Source: Bispira polyomma
Taxonomy: Eukaryota
Direction: 5' to 3'
Length of the DNA stretch: 64,000 bases
Assembly (NCBI GenBank): GCA_965649765.1
Contig: OZ287755.1
Coordinates: forward strand, 27,280,001-27,344,000
Under the pieces are notes generated by a model. The model was not told the origin of the DNA. It saw only the letters and a list, made by a program, of their open reading frames with translations, and did not search any database. Shown here piece by piece: positions 53,601 to 62,340 of the stretch (within the stretch, counting starts at the first letter, position 1; the number at the start of each line of letters is the position of its first letter). Both the position numbers and the translations under genes were made by a program.

Positions 53601-56109
53601 TCTGAGGCAAGTAACAAGGTAATTAGTGAAAACACAACAGTCTGAGACATGTAACCAGGTGATTAGTGAACACACAACACACATCAGTCTGAGACAAGTA
53701 ACAAGGTGATTAGTGAAAACACAACAGTCTGAGACAAGTAACAAGGTGGTTATTGAAAACACAACACACACCAGTCTGAGACAAGTAACAAGGTGATTAG
53801 TGAAAACACAACACACACCAGTCTGAGACAAGTAACAAGGTGATTAGTGAAAACACAACACACAACAGTCTGAGACATGTAACCAGGTGATTAGTAAAAC
53901 ACAACAGTCTGAGACAAGTAACAAGGTGGTTATTGAAAACACAACACACACCAGTCTGAGACAAGTATCCAGGTGATTAGTAAAAACACTTGAGTTTGGT
54001 GTTTGGTGTTCCACAAGGGTTGGTCCTGGGCCCAATCCTGTTTTCTTTGTACAGTACTCCGCTCAGCTATATCATCTGCAAACATAGCAATATGAAGTAC
54101 CACTTTTATGTTGATGACACACAGCTGTATGCTCATCTCTCACATAAAAATGCCACAACTGTCCCGACAGTCTAAAAAGTTGTCTCAGTAATGTTCAAAA
54201 ATGGATGTTTGCCAACAAGCTTAAATTAAACCCAGATAAGACTGAGTTTATACTATTCGGATGAATAGCACAGGCTTATAGATTGAAGGATTTTTTCCTA
54301 GTCAATATTTTAGGAAACATGGTGTACCCTGCAAGTGCTGTCAACAACCTGGGGGTGTGGTTTGACTCTACGTTTTCCTTCTCCAAACAAGTTCATGAAG
54401 TTTGCAAGTCTTGCTTCATCCAAATGAGGGATCTAAGAAGGGTTAGGCACTATTTGTCAGCCAATACTGCTACTATAGTTGCAAATGTCCTGGTTACAAG
54501 TCGTCTTAACTACTGTAATTCTCTTTAAAGAAGTTTATCCAAGGCTGACATCAGTAAGTTGCAATGCATCCAAAACTCGTTAGCCAGACTGGTGGTCAAC
54601 CATTCCAAGTAGTCCTGTGTTACTCCTGTTTTAAGAAATCCCCACTGGTTACCCATTGAGTTTAGATGTATGTTTAAAACAGCTACCTTATTCTACAAAT
54701 TCTTAAATTATGGCCTTCCAGCATACTGGAATCCATACCTCACACTTTACACATGCAGTCATAATACTAGAAGGAGCAGACCGGAAAAATGTTACCTAAC
54801 CGTTTCTAACCAAGATTTATCTCAGCAGTACACAAATCTAAACGTCAGTATAACAATAGCTTTGTCCATGATGCTCCAACACTTTGGAATGAATTACCTG
54901 CCGAAATTCGTTGTGCAACCTCACTCACATCCTTTAGATAAAAACTTAAAACCTACGTATTCGACAAGGCTTTTCCACCATAGCCCTAAATTCACCCGGC
55001 GTCTCCATGGTGCTGACCCATGCTTGACCAACGGAAATGTAAATTGAATAAGGATACTGTCCTGCGCCTTAGAATCTCCTAAGAAGGAGAGATTAAGCGC
55101 TATAAAAGTTAAATTAGATTAGATTGGAAACACAACACACATCAGTCTGAGACAAGTAACCGGGTGATTAGTAAAAATACAACACACACGCACAACAGTC
55201 TGAGACAAGTAACAAGGTGATTAGTGAAAACACAACACACACACCAGTCTGAGACAAGTAACCAGGTAATTAGTGAAAACACAACAGTTTAAGACAAGTA
55301 ACAAGGTGATTAAAAGTTAGATTAGATTACATTGGAAACACAACACACTTCAGTCTGAGACAAGTAACAAGGTGATTAGTGAAAACACAACAGTCTGAGA
55401 CAAGTAACAAGGTGATTAGTGAAAACACAACAGTCTGAGACAAGTAACAAGGTGATTAGTGAAAACACAACAGTCTGAGATAAATAACCAGGTGATTAGT
55501 GAAAACACAACAGTTTAAGACAAGTAACAAGATGATTAGTAAAAACACAACAGTCTGAGGCAAGTAACAAGGTGATTAGTGAAAACACAACACACATCAG
55601 TCTGAGACAAGTAACCAGGTGATTAGTGAAAACACACCAGTCTGAGATCGGGATGTTCTCTCTAATCACCACCATGGCTTTACTGAGAGTTGTATCACTA
55701 GATCAAGCACACTTAGCCATTAGGCCACACAGACTTGATGGAATTTAGGCCTTACTGTTCACGTAATATCAATCATAAAACTTACGTGCACTTCTTAAAA
55801 AGAACAAACAAAGACAAACAAAAGCAGTATTAAAATTCATACATATCAGCATAATAAAACCTGATCTTTTCAGACACAGTTCTAAAAGTAAGTGGCATAA
55901 AAGTAACAACAATTGAATTGCAATTGAGCAACTTGTTTTTTTTTATACACAATGAAAGTTACAGTAAAACTAACCATTTGTAGATATGAATTGTTGAAGT
56001 TTAAAATAATGTACAAAAAACAGAGAACATCCAACTTACAGTAGGTCATGCTGTAGGCGGTACTGTATAGAGATGCTAGAAGAACACATTGTAACAGCAA
56101 AGTGGCCAT
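20635..56109 (-). CDS. Multi-exon gene: secreted protein of 14 tandem thrombospondin type-1 (TSP1/TSR) repeats, ~754 aa, 18 coding exons
   Basis: Hand-assembled exons (5'->3'): 56109-56040, 53540-53482, 53366-53288, 45818-45639, 44845-44666, 44008-43901, 43572-43510, 41102-40950, 30206-30048, 29125-28979, 23844-23698, 23273-23124, 23040-22900, 22424-22275, 22191-22051, 21613-21458, 21039-20877, 20653-20635. Total 2265 nt, all GT-AG, phases compatible, no internal stop. Repeated WxxWxxW-C...RxRxC motifs. Extra exons hidden in the large introns cannot be excluded. Confidence 0.85.
20877..21039 (-). CDS. TSR gene exon 17 (TSR14: KWDQWGPYGACQGCKEKGKRYRKRVCKVPPNCKPSYLSCPGSDTTSVSCYVKNCG)
   Basis: 163 nt, phase 1 to 2, ccacag / GG|gtaagt; reading through the donor gives an immediate TAA. 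Confidence 0.85.
21458..21613 (-). CDS. TSR gene exon 16 (TSR13: GSYWSDWSGWSGCNSDCYHVKTRSCKNKCGYVSPDCTGGSRLTKTCTNCCSP)
   Basis: 156 nt, phase 1-1, gttgtag / A|gtgagt. Confidence 0.9.
22051..22191 (-). CDS. TSR gene exon 15 (TSR12, duplicate of exon 13, ends QNRPCY)
   Basis: 141 nt, phase 1-1, G|gtattg donor. Confidence 0.85.
22275..22424 (-). CDS. TSR gene exon 14 (TSR11, duplicate of exon 12)
   Basis: 150 nt, phase 1-1; 849-bp offset from exon 12. Confidence 0.85.
22900..23040 (-). CDS. TSR gene exon 13 (TSR10: NPSWNGWGQWSNCANYQSSCSQYRKRTCRTCPTKICIGPSNQNRPCS)
   Basis: 141 nt, phase 1-1, tttccag / A|gtaagt. Confidence 0.9.
23124..23273 (-). CDS. TSR gene exon 12 (TSR9: SSMWSQWTAWQACTANCKSVRTRTCQNKCGYLSSGCYGVNTETKSCGNCC)
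   Basis: 150 nt, phase 1-1; ORF 23050..23412. Confidence 0.9.
23698..23844 (-). CDS. TSR gene exon 11 (TSR8, paralog of exon 10)
   Basis: 147 nt, phase 1-1; ORF 23690..23902. Confidence 0.9.
24083..24160 (-). pseudogene. Decayed pseudo-exon copy of TSR exon 9
   Basis: Aligns to 30048-30145 with deletions and loss of the 5' half; flanking intron 23935-24082 matches 29905-30047. Confidence 0.75.
24690..25797 (+). pseudogene. Harbinger MADF/Myb-like DNA-binding protein relic
   Basis: LSEEQEEHLVD..PMFYDQLLRDFKNRAKK...TWFKSMRTIYGKLKK...WTLRSFQFLEAHL. Confidence 0.75.
26160..27193 (-). pseudogene. Harbinger (HARBI1-like) DDE nuclease relic
   Basis: FLNYLRMEPAMFHELL, DRKHIAI.AP.NSGSVYHNYK, FIGDNAF, FNYRFSRARRIVENAFGILANRFR, ACICLHN. 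Confidence 0.9.
28979..29125 (-). CDS. TSR gene exon 10 (TSR7: NPSWNQWGQWGSCTKQGVLCRQTRTRTCGGCYSSHAGCFGESTQSRTCS)
   Basis: 147 nt, phase 1-1; ORF 28971..29159. Confidence 0.9.
29270..29550 (-). mobile_element. CR1/L2 LINE fragment
   Basis: Homologous to 41520-41750. Confidence 0.6.
30048..30206 (-). CDS. TSR gene exon 9 (TSR6: ADYWTPWTQWTSCTKTCGGGKQSKSRTCASCDRIKQCSGAGVEDRVCNQQSCC)
   Basis: 159 nt, phase 1-1, ttctcaag acceptor / A|gtaaga donor; not in ORF track. Confidence 0.85.
30400..31200 (-). mobile_element. Decayed CR1/L2 LINE 3' part
   Basis: KHHMYTNDAQIY, WMNFAKLKLNPDKT, DYCNSLL, LHWLPVKYRI. Confidence 0.85.
33150..33742. mobile_element. Harbinger-type MITE related to the 46614-50916 element
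   Basis: TIR TGCTGCGGTCAAACTG / CAGTGTGACCACGGCA, TAA duplication, shared subterminal motif ttttggactg.tcaaaattt. Confidence 0.75.
35470..35760 (+). mobile_element. CR1/L2 LINE fragment (endonuclease-RT linker)
   Basis: ITEAKRHKCQLERQW...DNQDNPKRLWASINK. Confidence 0.75.
36651..37750 (+). mobile_element. Decayed L1/Tx1-type LINE ORF2 (APE endonuclease and start of RT)
   Basis: FNTKGLGD, FSHGTSNSRGVAIL, NVYAP, GDLN, SRIDYFLVS, SDH, NNKTPGPDGIP. Confidence 0.85.
38130..39855 (+). mobile_element. Decayed CR1/L2 LINE, RT to 3' tail (mosaic)
   Basis: HQSAYRKFHSTES, LDLSAAFDTID, VPQGSVLGPLLF; its 3' end also occurs as short minus-strand copies at ~21165-21290 and ~34870-34980. Confidence 0.9.
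39990..40790 (+). mobile_element. pogo/Tigger-like (Tc1-mariner superfamily) transposase relic
   Basis: HTH region, EESKLADHI..IGYG, FLKRW, YNIDVKG, CGNA...IPPYFVFKG motifs with stops. Confidence 0.85.
40950..41102 (-). CDS. TSR gene exon 8 (TSR5: VHQWTQWSTWTSCSSPCNGHQQKNRKCVNKCNGKQSTSCTGSSTESRACSR)
   Basis: 153 nt, phase 1-1, tttcag / G|gtaaat; inside ORF 40924..41166. Confidence 0.9.
41134..41228. mobile_element. Tiny Tc1/mariner-type MITE remnant
   Basis: TA-CAGTAGAAC ... GTTTTACTG-TA. Confidence 0.5.
41460..42070 (-). mobile_element. CR1/L2 LINE fragment
   Basis: Minus strand reads YFSKKITKLRSSL...FTSFRTLPAEEVLKL, typical pre-RT region. Confidence 0.7.
42430..43200 (+). pseudogene. Polinton/Maverick-type protein-primed DNA polymerase B relic
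   Basis: DLLVYYNNLD; LYHFFKKNIMGEKSIIFTRFH...KVCQIIVGYDYNIL...MPIGYFVR (motif A region); TEEKAKYIRQWGYKLV. Confidence 0.75.
43510..43572 (-). CDS. TSR gene exon 7 (TSR4 C-part: DKKCSGKNKITRKCPRKYLKN)
   Basis: 63 nt, phase 1-1, ttcacag / G|gtaagt; supplies the missing C-strand cysteines of TSR4. Confidence 0.7.
43901..44008 (-). CDS. TSR gene exon 6 (TSR4 N-part: PAYFGKWSRWDYSKCPCENSVKTRKCIVDQQCQNHE)
   Basis: 108 nt, phase 1-1, ttaccag acceptor / G|gtgagg donor. Confidence 0.8.
44200..44465. repeat. 30-32-bp minisatellite (ctcaaactcctacctaagactgggtgactctg)
   Basis: Same unit also at 46240-46613 and 50920-51220. Confidence 0.9.
44666..44845 (-). CDS. TSR gene exon 5 (TSR3, near-identical duplicate of exon 4)
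   Basis: 180 nt, phase 1-1; two substitutions seen vs exon 4 (one T->A amino-acid change, one silent). Confidence 0.85.
45639..45818 (-). CDS. TSR gene exon 4 (TSR2: HSNWRNWGAWTSCTKTCGGGAQTRTRTCDNSCPYNQDCLGQSDPTSSKQMRTCNTKPCCT)
   Basis: 180 nt, phase 1-1, tacag acceptor / gttagt donor, canonical TSR. Confidence 0.9.
46240..46613. repeat. 32-bp minisatellite, left part of array split by a Harbinger insertion
   Basis: Unit continues in register after 50919. Confidence 0.9.
47303..48485 (+). pseudogene. Harbinger (HARBI1-like) nuclease relic
   Basis: FRNFTRIDPVLFGELV, ITLRYMATG, WNFSHCIGDIDRK, FFNYK, VDADY.F, DDAF, RRVIENAFG. Confidence 0.9.
48580..48980. repeat. ~60-73-bp tandem repeat inside the Harbinger element
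   Basis: caaccaccatcaactgggtt recurs about 7 times with alternating unit lengths. Confidence 0.85.
49165..49535. repeat. ~60-bp tandem repeat inside the Harbinger element
   Basis: aagtacatcacaagtacatcaccaatacattacaagtgctactatggatac units. Confidence 0.85.
50920..51220. repeat. 32-bp minisatellite, right part of the split array
   Basis: Direct inspection. Confidence 0.9.
51517..51922. repeat. 46-bp minisatellite x~9
   Basis: aaagcaatcctgtcagttggtccaggttgaaccctattggtaaact. Confidence 0.9.
52602..53268. mobile_element. Harbinger-type MITE with nested ~100-bp inverted repeats
   Basis: TIRs GCCT(A/G)CGCTT(C/A)CTTTCA(G/T)CACATT, TTA duplication; inner IR 52687-52788 / 52974-53075. Confidence 0.75.
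53288..53366 (-). CDS. TSR gene exon 3 (TSR1 C-half: KRTRTCSASNCRGSATDTRNCCQQCK)
   Basis: tttgtag acceptor, C|gtaagt donor; phase 0 to 1, matches exon 2. Confidence 0.85.
53482..53540 (-). CDS. TSR gene exon 2 (TSR1 N-half: LPGASWNNWSPWSICSYCVQ)
   Basis: ttttcag acceptor, CAG|gtgag donor, WxxWxxW motif; phase 1 to 0. Confidence 0.85.
53542..55650. repeat. 40-47-bp minisatellite (gtgaaaacacaacagtctgagacaagtaacaaggtgatta) interrupted by a LINE
   Basis: Arrays at 53542-53989 and 55126-55650. Confidence 0.92.
53990..55125 (+). mobile_element. 5'-truncated CR1/L2 LINE with (TTAGA)n tail
   Basis: GVPQGLVLGPILF, YVDDTQLY, LKLNPDKTEF, SRLNYCNSL, HWLP; tail aaattagattagatt. Confidence 0.92.
56040..56109 (-). 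CDS. TSR gene coding exon 1: signal peptide MATLLLQCVLLASLYSTAYSMTY
   Basis: ATG, hydrophobic core, small-residue cleavage region, phase-1 donor T|gtaagt. Confidence 0.8.
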
Positions 56110-56199
56110 GTCTTCTCACTGGAACAGGTGATCGGTAAAGTAAATCGGCAGATGTTCTATTGTATCTGGAGGTGATATGTAAATGTGTATCAGACAGAG

Positions 56200-57620
56200 A
56201 TACCTAGAGTTAAATCACAAGGCGATATATACAGGTGAATCAGAGGGTTGTATGTACAGATGAGTCAGCAAGTAATACATACAGGTGAAAGAGGAGGTTA
56301 TATGTAAGGGTGAATCAGAAGATGCTATGTATAGTGTATCAGGAGGTGATACGTAAGGGTGAATCAGAAGATGCTATGTATAGTGTATCAGGAGGTAATA
56401 CTTAAAGGTGAATCAGAAGATGCTATGTATAGTGTATCAGGAGGTGATACTTAAGGGTGAATCAGAAGATACTATGTATAGTGTATCAGGAGGTGATACT
56501 TAAGGGTGAATCAGAAGATACTATGTATAGTGTATCAGGAGGTGATACTTAAGGGTGAATCAGAAGATACTATGTATAGTGTATCAGGAGGTGATACTTA
56601 AGGGTGAATCAGAAGATACTATGTATAGTGTATCAGGAGGTGATACTTAAGGGTGAATCAGAAGATGATATGTATAGTGTATCAGAAGGTGATACTTAAG
56701 GGTGAATCAGAAGATGCTATGTATAGTGTATCAGGAGGTGATACTTAAGGGTGAATCAGAAGATACTATGTATAGTGTATCAGGAGGTGATACTTAAGGG
56801 TGAATCAGAAGATGCTATGTATAGTGTATCAGGAGGTGATACTTAAGGGTGAATCAGAAGATGCTATGTATAATGATTCAGTAGGTGATATGTAAGGGTG
56901 AATCAGAAGATGCTATGTATAGTGTATCAGGAGGTGATACTTAAGGGTGAATCAGAAGGTACTATGTATAATGAATTAGGAGGTGATATGTATAAGTGAA
57001 TCAAGAGGTGATATGTATAAGTGAATCAGCTGAATTAGGAGAGGATACCTACAGCTGAATGAGCAGGTAATATGTATAGGTGAATCACGAAGTGATACCT
57101 ACAGGCAAATCTAGAGCTGATACCTAGATGTGAATCAAGAGGTAATATTAACAGGTGACTGGAGGTGATACGTACAGGTGAATCATGAGATAATATGTAC
57201 AGGTGAATAAGGAGGTGATACCTACAGATAAATCAGGAGTTGATACCTACAGGGTAATCAGGAGGTGATACCTACAGGTTAATTAGGAGGTCATACCTAC
57301 AGGTTAATCAGGAGGTGATACCTACAGGGTAATCAGGAGGTGATACCTACAGGTGAATCAGGAGGTGATATGAACAGGTGAATCAGGAAGGAAGTTACAT
57401 GTACAGGTGAATCAGGAGGTGATACCTACAGGGTAATCAGGAGGTGATACCTACAGGTTAATCAGGATGTGATACCTACAGGTTAATCAGGAGGTGTTAT
57501 GAACAGGTGAATCAGGAAGTAAGTTACATGTACAGGTGAATCAGGAGGTGATATGTATAGTTGAAATAGGAGGTTATATGTACAGGTGAATCAGGAGGTA
57601 ATACATACAGGTGACTCACA
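56200..57620. repeat. 25-bp monomer / 49-bp dimer minisatellite immediately upstream of the ATG exon
   Basis: 49-bp unit aagggtgaatcagaagatgctatgtatagtgtatcaggaggtgatactt (~56305-56990) grading into 25-bp acaggtgaatcaggaggtgatacct. Confidence 0.92.
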
Positions 57621-59146
57621 CATCAACCATTGATCTGATAACTACAGCTTAGTTTGCTTAGACATATTGATAGATAGAAGGGAGATGGCACAATGGTAGG
57701 AGAAGGACCCCTTTTTGTAAAGCCAGTGGTCCTTTTTCCACCCAGTGGTCCTTTTTCTACATAGAGTGGTCTCTTTATTACCGGGTGGTCTTAATCCTAC
57801 ATGACTACCTACACCTAAGTGGTTCTTTCATTACTTATGCGTGAGTCTGTCATTAATTATAGATAGAAGGACATTTCTGTAAATTTGTCACCCTAATGGT
57901 AAGTGAATATGCATTACCAGTCATTGTGCATGAAATAATGGTAATTAGAAACATACCATAATTGAAAATACAGGTGATATGACATATAAATGAATACACA
58001 AATAGGCAAAATATATGCTAAATGTCAGAAATACTATTGGATAATGTAATTATAGGCTTTTATGTCAAATGACATTACATAGTCTTGAACTATGACATGG
58101 TCTTAGGCTGAGACATGATATTACATCATTGAGACAGGGTATAAGGCACCGAGACATGATATAAGGTCACTAAGACATGGTATTAGGTCACTGAGACATG
58201 ATATCATAGGATTAGGTTATTGAGACATGTTAGATCAATAGATTTTTTATTATACTCTCACCTGGTAAATATGACCACATAATACAATTTATAAAATGTT
58301 AGACCCAGCCAGCCACTTGTGGCTTGTGAGAGAGTTTACATGTAAAAAATAGATTAAATGTACAAATACAACATTAACATAACATTAGCATTAAATGTGT
58401 AATATAATATATTTAATATTACAACATACTAGATCTGACTTCCAAACATATTTAGCCAAGAAGAAATTTCTGGTAATTTATTACTATCTGAAAGTAATAC
58501 TCAAGACTCTTAAGTTGGACTTAAGACTCAAGTTACAGAATAGTAAGGAAAAATTTTGGGTAATATAATGTAGCATTAAATGTATAATATCCTGTATATA
58601 AAGTTATAATGTACCAGATGCTTATTACTAATCTCCAATAAAGCTTCCTAATATGAGTAATTTTAAGTTAGGGTAATGTTACAAGACAACAATTCAAATA
58701 GAATTAGTTTGTTAGATTGAGTTTAACGTCACTATCAATACATCTTGTGTCATATTACAAGGAGAAGTTCAGTGCTGATTCATATGGATTATGCTATGCA
58801 AACCAGCAGAGCTTCTGCCACCTTTCCCAAATGCACGACAGGGCTAAGATTTGAACCCATTATGACAGATGGGAAGACGAGTTTGTTAAAAATACACCAC
58901 AGTTACCTCCTTTACATAGGACATATATAGCCTCAACTAAGAAAGCCATCTACACTTGGATGAATATTGTACTCATACAATTCAGAGACCGGAATTATAT
59001 AGAATTTTAATCAAAAGAAGCCTTTTTAAAGTGAAGGATTACACATTTTATCTCCATCACCAATATTGGTACCTGCCATTGAGCTACTGAGCTGACAAGC
59101 AGGACAGACTGTCAGATACATTAATATTAAGGTTACTTTCTGTAAC

Positions 59147-59400
59147 GGCCGCGGTGGCCTAGTGGTTAGCAAGCATTGCACTTCACAATCACTGGTCTCT
59201 CACCTCTGGGCGGCGTGAGTTCGAATCCTGTCGATGCCTATGTGGGAAAGGTGGTATTTTCTTACTGTAGGCCGCTGGTTGCAGAACCTTGAACAACTGC
59301 ATGCTGTGTTTCCTCCAGCATTTCCAACTACCCGTCCTAATATAACCTAAACAGGTACTAGAGTGGACGTCAAATATCCTAATTAAAAAAAAAAAAAAAA
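59147..59400 (+). mobile_element. Full-length tRNA-derived SINE
   Basis: Pol III A box TGGCCTAGTGG, B box GAGTTCGAATCC, poly(A) tail; three copies in window. Confidence 0.9.
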
Positions 59401-59534
59401 CTTCAACAAACAATTCAATTATACAAGGTGACATTTTTTGATTTTTAGATATACAAGTTTTCTGGGCCTATTTTCTAAGGCGAAATCAAATTCAAAATTA
59501 AACTGGTTTTATTTTCTACAATTAGTTTGATTTT

Positions 59535-59635
59535 CTTACCTTTATTGCAAACTGTGTAGAATCCCAGTTTCCTAAATGTGTGGCGCCCAAGTAATACTCC
59601 CGTCTGACAGAAGCCACTGAGTTCTGATTGGCTGA
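59535..59635 (-). promoter_or_regulatory. Candidate promoter and short non-coding first exon of the TSR gene
   Basis: AAG|gtaaga donor at 59540/59539 and AGCCAATCAG (CCAAT box) at 59633-59624 in a non-repetitive island; the ATG exon has an acceptor (cacctgttccag) about 9 nt before the ATG, implying an upstream exon. Confidence 0.35.
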
Positions 59636-59924
59636 GCTACCGCTTTAATAACATTAAGGTTTCTGTGGGCTAACAGCTTTTTGTAATGTTTCATTTGTTT
59701 TACAATAATACATCATTTTATTAAATCGTTAAAATAATGTGTCATACTATTGAGTTGTTGTGACTGTTTTATTGCAGTTGTACACAGGGCTATTTTAATT
59801 GTTTTGTTATGTGCAGGACTCCAAGTAATGATTGTATTTGTGGCCTGATATTTATATAAAGACATCACTTATTGTAATAATACAAAAGAACAACCAATAG
59901 TCTATAAACTGGACCCAATCACTT

Positions 59925-61685
59925 ACAATGTATAGAATGATAGGAGGACAGTTGCCACCATTTGGATCCCATCGCTTTGAACGTATAGAATGATAAGGGG
60001 CCAGTTGCCACCATTTGGATCCTATCAAATAACATGTATAGAGTGATAGGAGGACAGTTGCCACCATTTGGATCCCATCAAACAGCATGCATAGAATTAT
60101 AGGGGGGCAGTTGCCACCATTTGGATCCCATCATTTACCATGTATAGAGTGATAGGGGGACAGTTGCCACCATTTGGATCCTATCATATAACATGTATAG
60201 AGTGATAGGGGGCCAGTTGCCACCATTTGGATCCCATCATTTAGCATGTATAGAATGATAAGGGCCAGTTGCCACCATTTGGATCCCATCATTTAGTATG
60301 TATAGAATGATAAGGGGGGGCAGTGGTCATCATTAGGATCCCATCATTTAGCATGTATAGAATGATTGGGGGACAGTTGCCACCATTTGGATCCCATCAA
60401 ATAGCAGGTTCAGAATGATGGAGTGACAGTTGTCACCATTTAAATCCCATCAAACAGCATGTATAGATTGATAAGGGACAGTTGCTACCATATGGATCCC
60501 ATCAAACAGCATGTGCAGAGTGATAGAGACAGTTGTCACCATTTGGATCCAATCAAACAGCATGTACAGATTGATAGGAGGCAGTTGCCACCATTTGGAT
60601 CCCATCGTTTAACATGTTTAGAATGATAGGGGGCAGTTGCCACCATTTGGGTCCTATCATTTAGCATGTATAGAATGATAGGGGGATAGTTGCCACCATT
60701 TGGATCTCATCAAATAACATGTACAAAATGATAGAGGAACAGTTGCCACCATTCGGAGCTTATCAAATAACATGTGTAGAATGATAGGGGGCTAGTTGCC
60801 ACCGTTTAGATCTCATCAAATAGCATCTAAAGGATGATAGGGGGGCAGTTGCCATCACTAGAATCCCATCATTTAGCATGGATTGAATGATAAGGGGACA
60901 GTTGCCACCATTTGGATCTCATCAAATAGCATGTACAGAATGATAGGGGGACAGTTGGCACCATTTGGATCTCATTAAATAACATGTATAGAATGATAGG
61001 GGGACAGTTGGCACCATTTGGATCTCATCAAATAACATGTATAGAATGATAGGGGACAGTTGCAACCATTTGGATCCCATCACTTTGAACATATAGAGTG
61101 ATAAGGGGGCAGTTGCCACCATTTGAATTCCATCAAATAGCACGTATAGAATAATAGGGAGACAGTTGCCACCATTTAGATCCCATAATTTAGCATGTAT
61201 AGAATAATAGGGGGGCAGTTGCCACCATTTGAATCCCATCATTTAGCATGTATAGAATGATAGGGAGCAGTTGCCACCATTTGGATCCCATAATTTAGCA
61301 TGTACAGAATGATAGGGGGAGAGTTGCCACCATTCGGATTTCATTAAATACCATGTATAGAATGATAGGGGGACAGTTGCCACTATTTAGATCCCATCAT
61401 TTAGCTGTATAGAATGATAGGGGACAGTTGCCACCATTTGGATCTCATTAAATAACATGTGTAGAATGATAGGGGGCAGTTGCCACCATTTGGATCTCAT
61501 TAAATAACATGTATAGAATGATAGGGGGACAGTTGCAACCATTTGGATCCAATCATTTAGCATGTATAGAATGATAGGGGGACAGTTGCCACCATTTGGA
61601 TTTCATCAAATAACATGTATAGAATGATGGGGGGACAGTTGCAACCATTTAGAACCTATCAAATGGCATGTATAGAATGACAGGA
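59925..61685. repeat. 53-bp satellite, about 33 copies
   Basis: catgtatagaatgatagggggacagttgccaccatttggatcccatcatttag. Confidence 0.95.
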
Positions 61686-62039
61686 TACTTCCCTACTCTA
61701 AAAATGTTCTTCCCCAAATAAATTGAACTATTCCCTTCAAGAAGGTTAGAGTGGCAAAATTAGAAAAACATTAGCGCAACAATCCAGTATTGAATCTCAT
61801 TTGATAGAGAAAGTGCACTCAAAATAAATGTACACATAACCAGAAACCATATGTCTAATCACCCTAATGAAATTTCCATTTGATTGAAACAGTTCTACTG
61901 AAAAATTAATAATGATATGGTCTTAAATTGAAATGGAGTGGTTGCATTAACCCCTCATGACGTCTATGCAAATAATGTTTAAATGTACTACATTCTTTCC
62001 CTATTGGAATAACTGTTTCTAAATACTTAATCACCTTAA

Positions 62040-62340
62040 CCACAGTTTTAGATCAATTAAAGTCACAGCACAGTTCTGTGACTTTAATTAATCTAGAACT
62101 GTGCGATGACTTTAATTAATCTAGAACTGTGCTGTGACTTTAAATGGTCTACAACTGTGCTGTGACTTTAATTGATCTCGAACTGTGTTGCGACTTTAAT
62201 TGATCTAGAACTAAACCAGCACAGTTCTAGATCAATTAAAGTCACAGCACAGTTATAGATCAACTAAAGTCACAACACAATTCTAGATTATTTAAAGTCA
62301 CAGCACAATTATAGATTGTTTATAATCATAGCACAGTTCT
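62040..62340. repeat. 28-bp minisatellite with two internal orientation switches
   Basis: cacagttctagatcaattaaagtcacag forward, reverse (~62076-62212), forward again. Confidence 0.85.

Noticed and set aside
53565-54035. Cys-rich repetitive ORFs (53565..53831, 53844..54035) and similar ORFs at 12401, 59852, 60922
   Set aside because: Translations of minisatellites with no splice or domain support.
20635-56109. Naming the gene as properdin, hemicentin, SCO-spondin, ADAMTS or semaphorin-5
   Set aside because: No accompanying domains (Ig, vWF, protease, Sema) found and the Cys pattern differs; orthology cannot be shown from sequence alone.
59147-59235. tRNA gene
   Set aside because: A and B boxes are present but there is no clean cloverleaf; it continues into a SINE body with poly(A) and has dispersed copies.
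59925-61685. Regular repeats that could be mistaken for a CRISPR array (also 51517-51922, 56300-57000)
   Set aside because: Head-to-tail units with no unique spacers, no cas genes, eukaryotic context: ordinary satellites.
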